A stretch of 64,000 bases of DNA from the human T2T-CHM13v2.0 reference genome, Homo sapiens. The DNA lies in NCBI RefSeq assembly GCF_009914755.1, contig NC_060942.1; one strand, given 5' to 3'. A program made the position numbers and the translations under genes. Shown here in pieces: positions 55,967 to 64,000 of the stretch (position 1 is the stretch's first letter; every line of letters starts with the position of its first letter). Under the pieces are notes generated by a model, which was not told the origin of the DNA, did no database searches, and was given only the letters and a program-made list of their open reading frames with translations.

Positions 55967-58900
55967 GCTACAGACTCAGCTTAAGAAATGGGTCACTACA
56001 TAAACATGTTCAGGAACTGGCAGCAATTCAAATACCTTGTAACTTGTTCATGGTCAACATTAGCCTAATACAATGTACCACTGAACTGAAAGATGAGCTT
56101 GAAAAAACTAAACAGCCTTTAATTTATGAATGTATTAACTGCTCTTCCTGGCTGAAGACCACAGAAACCTTTATTAATTCCAAGTTCTAGCTATTCGCTT
56201 ATGATAAATCACCTAGAAATACAGACAGTTTCCTCATTAACTGGACTTACATTGTTGACAGACATACAATTGAAATAATGATGTAGACTGGTCAGCTTTG
56301 GATGTCCGAGGTACACAGATGCACAAGCATTAAGTTTCAGGTGCAAATCCTGTTTATCGCCCAGGCCCAATGCAAAGGCCATCCTAGAAAACCTGCCCTG
56401 AAAATTCACCAGAAAGAAAGTGCTTCCCCTTCCAGGGAACTATTGCTCAGCATCTGGGTGCCCCTTCTGTGGCTGCTACCTTCTCTTCTCCTGGGTGACA
56501 TTGACTGCACAGCAGCTGAATGGTTTGTTGAAAGCCATGCTGTAAATTCAGAACCCAAAGTAGACAAAGGTTAGCATTCCTTCCTCCTCCCATGCAAGGA
56601 CCCTTCAAACACATCATGGGTCCAACCACAGGAGAGGCTGCTTTGAAAACAATCTGCTTCAGACTGAAGGCATTCTAGCAAAGACATAATCAACCTCACG
56701 GCTTAGCAGATAATTCATGTAACTGTGGAACTCAGAGCAAGCACACAGTGAGTGCTGGCTGTACTTATCTAAAGTACTCTTTTATTCATAAGTCTCTTTA
56801 GTACAATGTCCCAAAGTCTGTGGATCCTGGGATACAAATGAATTACATCCATAAGGTTGCTAAACACATCTGAGTCCTTGAAAGACAGACTCGCTTTAGT
56901 GGGCCAGAAAAGACCCAATAATGAAAAACAAATCAATCATTCATTAGGCTGGCAGGAAAACTTGCTGACCTCAGAAACATCTCTAACAAAACTAAAATTG
57001 AAGAATACTACCCACTTCTTTCAGCCACACCAGTCTTGGAGTGGTAACATCTGGGAAATCCTGGCCTACAGGTCTGAGTATGCCAACTCCATGCCTCCAC
57101 ACAGCACCTTAGGCTTCTGAGGCATCCCTCCCAACTGCACCTACACCCTGAGATTTTAAGATGACAAATGACACCATTTCAATAGATGAGAAAACGACAC
57201 TTATGTCAAGCACTGAGCTTCTGCAATAGCAGCCTCAGGCCAAAAACAGCCAGCCCTCTTGAGAGAATTACAGATTCCCTCACTAACTTGGGCTCAGTGA
57301 GACAGTAACCCAAGATCTTGCTTGTAGTAATTCCAATGGATTACTCACCTCCCTGCCCTCTCTCGAGTGTCCTTTTATACAGCACAGATGTAAGTGGCCA
57401 AGAGTTTGCAATAAAATAGTAGACTTAGGTAACACAGACGACCAAAACTCACAATCATTATCCATTCTACCCGACTTCAAGATCACATGCGAAACCTCAG
57501 TTTTCCCTTCTGACAACGTGAGGCAGGTCAGAAAACACTCACTTGCTTCACAGAGACGGTAAGAGTACAGAGCCAAAGAGATTTATCCAAAGCTTGGGTT
57601 TCCCTGGCAGGACCCAGTGCTGCTCCTTCCCCCTCCACTGCCTAGCCCAGCAGAGGGGCTGGCAGGGAGAACTTCCCACAGGTTACAGCCTCAGGTGCCG
57701 CTGGGTATGCTTGCTGAGTCACCATGGACAAGAATCCAAGACACAGAGCTCTACTTCCAAGTCAGGAATCTTTGACCCCCTCAATTGTGGTCAATTTCTC
57801 TAGCTTCTTCCTTCAAATTCTTTACTTAAAAAAGTAGTAAAACCAGGTTGTATCATAAAAATGACATTGAGGTGGGCAGTGTTAGGAAGAGAAACCCGGG
57901 GTCCAAAGGGCTCACAGTTAAGAGAAGCAGTAGCAGAAAAACTGATTAAGTAGTAAATACTTTGTTTCACAAATGTCTACATAAAAAAAGTCCCAAAATT
58001 ATGGAGAAAATGGATGAGAAAGGAAAAAAAAAAAAAAAACAACTACGGGTATGGTTAACTTACAACAGAAGCTATACAGTGTTATTTATTAATGATAATG
58101 CAGTGGTCTTCTTTAAAAAGACTTTGAAAGGGCATTTCCACCTCAGGCAAGTTATTTCATTTCTGTAAAACTTGGTTTCCTCGTTTGTAAGAGAGAGTAT
58201 TAATGATCCCTTAACTCTCTCATTATGGGTTGTGGTGAGGTGTGTAAGGTGCCATCAGATTGGGTGAGATACAGCCTGCAATTTGGTGACATTAGTTCAC
58301 TGTAATGCGGCACCTACCGCCCTATCTCCTGCAGTAAATGAAGCCCAGACTCTCCTTACAGATCTGTCAGAGCTTTTTAAGTGTCCCCACTGTACCATTC
58401 TGGCTGGATGAGGAGCCCAAAGGGGACAGCTGCTATTTTACATGGAGTGTTTTCTCTCCCTGTAGGATGGGAAGGATGTCTGTTCTACCCAAGTACCTAC
58501 AAACATCTCGGCCCCAAGGGAATGAAGGTGGGGTTCAGCTGTTCCATCCATTAGGCAATTTTTTACCGCACAGCTCCCTTGCGTAAAATGTTAAGCTGTG
58601 TAACTAAGTGTAAGAAAAGTGCTCCCTTGAGGGACTGATGCTCAAGTAAGGGACCATGCCTAGCACGTCTAAGACAAAGAGAAGCATCTGTGTCAAAATA
58701 GACTCAACAATCTGAGGGCTCAGAGAAGATGACCCTGGGGGAAGTCTCCTGGAATTGGGGGTCTTGCTAGATTTCAAAATGTTAACAGCCCTAAGGTTGA
58801 CCTTGACCAAAAATTAGAAGTTTGTACAGACAGAAGGGAAGCTGAAAGATAGGAATTCCCTCTGCAGTGGGTTCACGGGACAGGGATCAGGGGGCTGAAA

Positions 58901-60552
58901 CAAAGACAGAAATGTGTGGGCTTTTTCTCTGGGAGGACAATTTTGGGTACAAACAAGTTCTTAACTATCTTGTGCATTGGAGGGAAACGAACCCCTCTGA
59001 CCTAGTGAACTTCATTTTTGATCAAAAATTAAACTATGGCTTTCCCCATGAGTAGGGGAACTGTTTTATTTGACCACTCCTTTGGCTGGGTAATGTAATT
59101 AAAGCAATCTTCAAATATTTCCAGGATCAGAATTTGCTTGTTTTGCTTAAATTTTTTCTTAAACTATTCTGGGTGTTCCTTTAATAATTTTAATTCTTGA
59201 AATCTGACTATTTTCAGTAATAGTTATAAGAAGTCCCTTAACATTTGTAAAATCCCAAAAGGTGAAATTTTTTAAGTGTTCTTTAGTATTTCATTAGTGT
59301 CATCTGTCAAAATCTACAGGCATTTTCAGTTTTAAGTTAAATATTCTGTTGGCGCAGCAGGTGTGCCCAGGGCAAGGGAAGCTGGCTTCCTGGTAGTTGA
59401 CAATTATCTTCTTTGGGGACACATGAAGTCACGCCACATTATCTCATCCCAATACAGCTTCCAAGGCCCCAACCTTCTGTGCCATCGAGGTGAGCAAGCA
59501 CCTCCTCCAGGTGCTTGCAGTAGCCTCTGCTGAATAAACAGCTCCTGTTGTAAGCAGCACGTCCTGCCTGTTAGGAGCTCTCTGGTATGAGCACTGTGAT
59601 TGTGCTCCATGGGATATTTGGTAAGGGCTGATCTGGAACATATTAAGATTCTTGCTGGAACCAGAGTCACCTCCAGTCCTGGTCATCTTGAGCACTATGG
59701 GCTCTAAGACCAGGCTGGAAAGCCTACCTCGAAAACCTGTTCAGCAATCACAATTTGGTGATACATTTTGCAGAGCCATCTTACAGATTCCCAACTGGTA
59801 GAGAAGTGACACAGGGAAAGGGCCAAAGATGGGAGGTATCAGACAGTAGGCAAGGCCTTCAGATCCCAGGAAAGCATGATCAGAGTGCCATGCAACCCAG
59901 AACTTGAGGGATCTGCTGGCCAGTTGATTAACTGTTTCATTAATCTCATTCTTTTTCTTTTTATTTTGTTTGCCTTACTGTGCCTGACTCTCAATTCCAC
60001 CAAAATATGTATTAACCCATGATCCAATCCTGTGTGAACCCAATTCCTAAGGGTTTAAGCATTCATTTTATATTTAATAAAACTTAGAGTTTAAAGGCTG
60101 GCATCTAATTTGGAGAAACCCCTTTTAAAATAAAAAGGTAGATTTATTTCCATATTGGTTAGCATGTGCAGTAACTGAATTCTTTAACATAATGTGTATC
60201 TATGAAATACAAACCAAACTTCTTGGACAGGATTCTTTACAATGTGTATTATTCACACCTACCTCTGCCCTTGTCCCAACTGTCACAATCTCACTTTATC
60301 CAATCTAGGCTAAAATGATACCATCTAAGAGACATTTTTCTTGTCCACCTTCTCTAAAATATCTTCTCCAAATCTGTCACTTTGCCTTATTTATGGTGAC
60401 ATCTGAGATGTAATTCATATATCATACAATTCACCCATTTAAAATATACAATTCAAAGGTGCTTACAGAGTTGTGCAACCATCACAATAGAACATTTTCA
60501 TCACCCCCAAGAGAAACCCCACACCCATTACCAGTTGCTTCTCATTGCCTAC

Positions 60553-60754
60553 CAATCCCCAGACCTTGCCCTAAACCAACCCCCGACCCCCAGCTTGTGT
60601 CTACCCCTATACCAAATCTGTCCTTCTTCCTATGCTACCCCATGCCTAACTAACCCCTAAAGCTACCCCTACCCCAAATTTAACCCTACCCCCTTCACCC
60701 CATCTCTACCCCTATCTTAAATCTACTCCCCCAATCTACCCTACCATCCCTTAC
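60553..60754. repeat. Degenerate C-rich hexamer-like tract (CCCTAA/CCCTAC)
   Basis: Recurrent ccctaa, ccctac, taaccc and acccc units over ~200 bp. Confidence 0.65.
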
Positions 60755-60843
60755 ATTAATCTAATTTCTGTACCTACAGATTTTCCTCTTTGGGACATTT
60801 CACATAAATGGAATGAATAGAATATGTGGTCTTTTGTGACTAA

Positions 60844-61174
<331 letters not shown>

Positions 61175-61835
61175 TAGCATAATTTTTCAAGGGTTCATCA
61201 TGTTGTAGGATGTATCCATACTTCATTCATTTTTATAGCCAAACAATATAATATCTCATTGTAAGGAGAGATTATATTTTAATTTTTTAGCTGATAGACA
61301 TTTGGGTTGTTTTCACTTTTTGACCATTACGAATAACGCTACTATAAATATTCATGGAGAAGCATTTATGTGAGCATGTGTTTTCCTTTTTCTTGGGTTA
61401 AATGTTTTATAGGTATAATAGTAGCTTTGTGAATTTTCTTGAAGGACAGTTGTTGAAAATCTCATACTTTGAGCCCATCAAAATCTAATTGTTAAATCAA
61501 AAGATGAGACACAGCATACTGTTCAGAAATCATTCCAATCACTATTCCCTAAATAAGCTGTGATACCATGTAATACCATTCATCATTAGACTGGTTTAAC
61601 GTTCTTCACTCCCAGAAACGCCAGTTAACATTAAATTCTAATTAATTGCCTATAGAAATTTTCAAGTATTCAAGTGTACTTTAAACACAGAAACGAATTT
61701 AGGGATTTAAATATGATTATTTGGGTAGTTGTTTCTGTTTCTTGCATGTGACTCAAATATGAGTTAAATGGGTCTCTTTTAAGTGTTTTTTTCTCCAGTC
61801 ACTCAGCCCTTTCAAAAGAAATATTTTTAATACAT

Positions 61836-61997
61836 ATTTTTAAGAGACAGGGTCTGGCTGTCTTGTCCAGGCTGGATGGCTATTCACAGTTGTGGTCATA
61901 GCTCACCACAGCCTAGCACTCCTGGCTTCAAGCAATCTCCTGCTACCTTAGCCTCCTGAGTAGTTGGGGTTACAGGTACATGCCACCATGCCCAGCT
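61836..61997 (-). mobile_element. Fossil Alu monomer (FAM) / 7SL-derived monomer
   Basis: Single monomer retaining the 7SL-type segment (tggctattcaca = TGTGAATAGCCA on -) that dimeric Alus lack; possible TSD agtcactca at 61797-61805 and 61998-62006. Confidence 0.75.
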
Positions 61998-62274
61998 AGT
62001 CACTCATATCCTTTTGCTTGCTCATACATATACCCATTTTTTTTTTTTTTTTGCTTGATGATACAGTCTAACTTATGTTATAAAGAACTTTGCATTTGCA
62101 TGTATATTTTCTGCATGTCTCCACCTCTTTTTAAAGACATGTTAAGATCTTAACTTCTTAAATTGTTCACTCCTTATATGCTATAAACTGTCTAGAGAAG
62201 CCTTCGCAATCTTTAAAATGTCAACATGAGGACTTTTAAACTGGATTAACATGGTCAAGGCAAGCTTTATGAAA

Positions 62275-62490
62275 ATAATAATAGCTAACTCTCATATAGC
62301 ATCTTCCGGGTAGGCACTTTCTGTATATCAATTGATCATCAGAACAACCCTAGGAATAAAGTCCTATTATCATCCCCATGCTACAGATAAGGAAACAGAG
62401 AGCTGGTATCACTTGCCTGAGGTCACACAGCTGGTTACTGGGCCAGCTAGCTCTGGCATCCAGGCTCTAAGCTATCACATCACACTGCTT
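62275..62490. mobile_element. MIR
   Basis: aataatagctaac...acaaccctagga...tattatcatcccca...acagataaggaaacaga...cacttgcctgaggtcacacagct. Confidence 0.8.
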
Positions 62491-64000
62491 CTTACGATGA
62501 TAAAGGGGGATGCTAGCATCACATCTTAACACACGGTTTTAGTGGGCAGCCATTTCAACTACTACTCTCAAGCTAAGAAAGGTGGATTTAATAAGCATTT
62601 TTAAGAATCACAAGAAAGAAGGGAGGAGGGGAAGAAAAAAGAAAAGTAGGTAGAGATAATATCCCAAGCTAACTAAAGAGGTAGCACTTTTCTCTTACCA
62701 GCTGGGATGAAGATCTATTCCCCAGTCTACATGATTGCCCACTTACACTATTGGACTTCACTTTTTGAAGGAAGAATAATGTGAAACCATGTTACACTCC
62801 AGAGCCATTTATTATCCACCCGGGAGGCAAGACAGCAAATCTCACACAGCACAGTCACAACTGACCACTAAATGAAACCTCATTGACATTTGAAAAGAGA
62901 AAAAGTTCATAAACGTGCTTTAAAGATACACCATAATCACGTAGCTAGTAGAGAAACCATAAGCTATTATGTAATATAAACGTATAGAAGTCACAGTTCC
63001 ATCCTTATTATTTTCCTTGCAGTTTTTATGAGATGGGTAACGACTAAGCCACAGTGAGAAGGCACAACCTGCTCAGTGGGTGAGTCGGCCCCTGCTACCC
63101 TCCCCACTTCCCTCCCAGATCATCTTGGGATCCAATCACACCTGTGCTGCTCATGCTGGCTACTCTATGCTATTCTACAAACACAATCCTCTATTTCGGA
63201 TCTATCTCACCCAGCAAACTCTTTAATTCAGTGGTCCAGCCTCCAGAGCCCAGCATTCTGCTAGCTATTTCTTTGAAAAACAGTCACTCACACAAAACTA
63301 AATTGCCATAATGGCTTGATGTGATGTCCATCTTGGCCAAGGCCATGAGGAGGTTAGGATTCAAGGTCTTTCTCAGTTCATGTCAAGACAACAGTGAGCA
63401 GAACTGGGGTCTAATACAGGCCCAGGGATTTTGCCATTTTACTAAAGATTAGAATGAGCGCAAGACTGGGAGTCTCGTACCTGGTGGCCTCAACACAAAT
63501 TCAAGGCAGGGCCCAGGAGGAAGTCCCTTTTCCTCCCTGGTACTCAAATTTCGTCTGCTTTAAAATAAAAGAATTGGACCAAAAAATATCTAAGGATCCT
63601 TCCAGCTGTCAAGGTCTCTGGCTGTGTCCCTCTTTCTCTTGCATGATCTGTCTACTCTACCTATGACAAGTTCAAGCTAACCTGGGTGAGAGGGTCTGTG
63701 GTCACAGACCAGGGCATGGTTGATGAGTCCACAAGCATTACACACTGATGGCTGTGTCTTCAACATCACACTCCAGCTCACCAAGCTCATCTACCCTAGG
63801 CTACTTAGCAAAGCCTGCAGCTCCACACCCTACCCTCAGTCACCTGTCTCATGAGAGACACAATCATTTCATCCAGCCACCCACCCACCTTTGCATTGAC
63901 TATGCATCAGCTCACAGCATACATTGCAGGCTCAGGTTCATACTTTCTTCTCCAAGTGACTTGATCCTATCTCCACTCCCCAGGGATTTGCCAGGGACAT

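Overview
This is primate (almost certainly human) genomic DNA lying entirely inside the MYO5B (myosin Vb) gene, which runs on the minus strand. I reconstructed eight consecutive coding exons by hand (numbered 5-12 from my recollection of the canonical transcript). All have GT-AG boundaries and consistent phases, and they splice into an open 1090-nt motor-domain frame (about aa 152-515) with the P-loop GESGAGKT, switch I NDNSSRFG, switch II DIYGFE and the relay helix. The other ~98% is intronic and rich in Alu/FAM, L1, L2, MIR, DNA-transposon fossils, ERV LTR pieces and microsatellites. Nearly all ORFs in the supplied track are spurious or Alu-derived. I see no evidence of a novel biological system. 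The best second-look items are inferential: an antisense AluJ one base from a perfect splice donor (latent poison exon), a MIR/(UG)n candidate TDP-43-type cryptic exon, a CDX/HNF1/DR1 motif cluster, a sense-oriented solo LTR, and inverted Alu pairs. Repeat subfamily names are from memory of consensus sequences and need RepeatMasker/Dfam confirmation.
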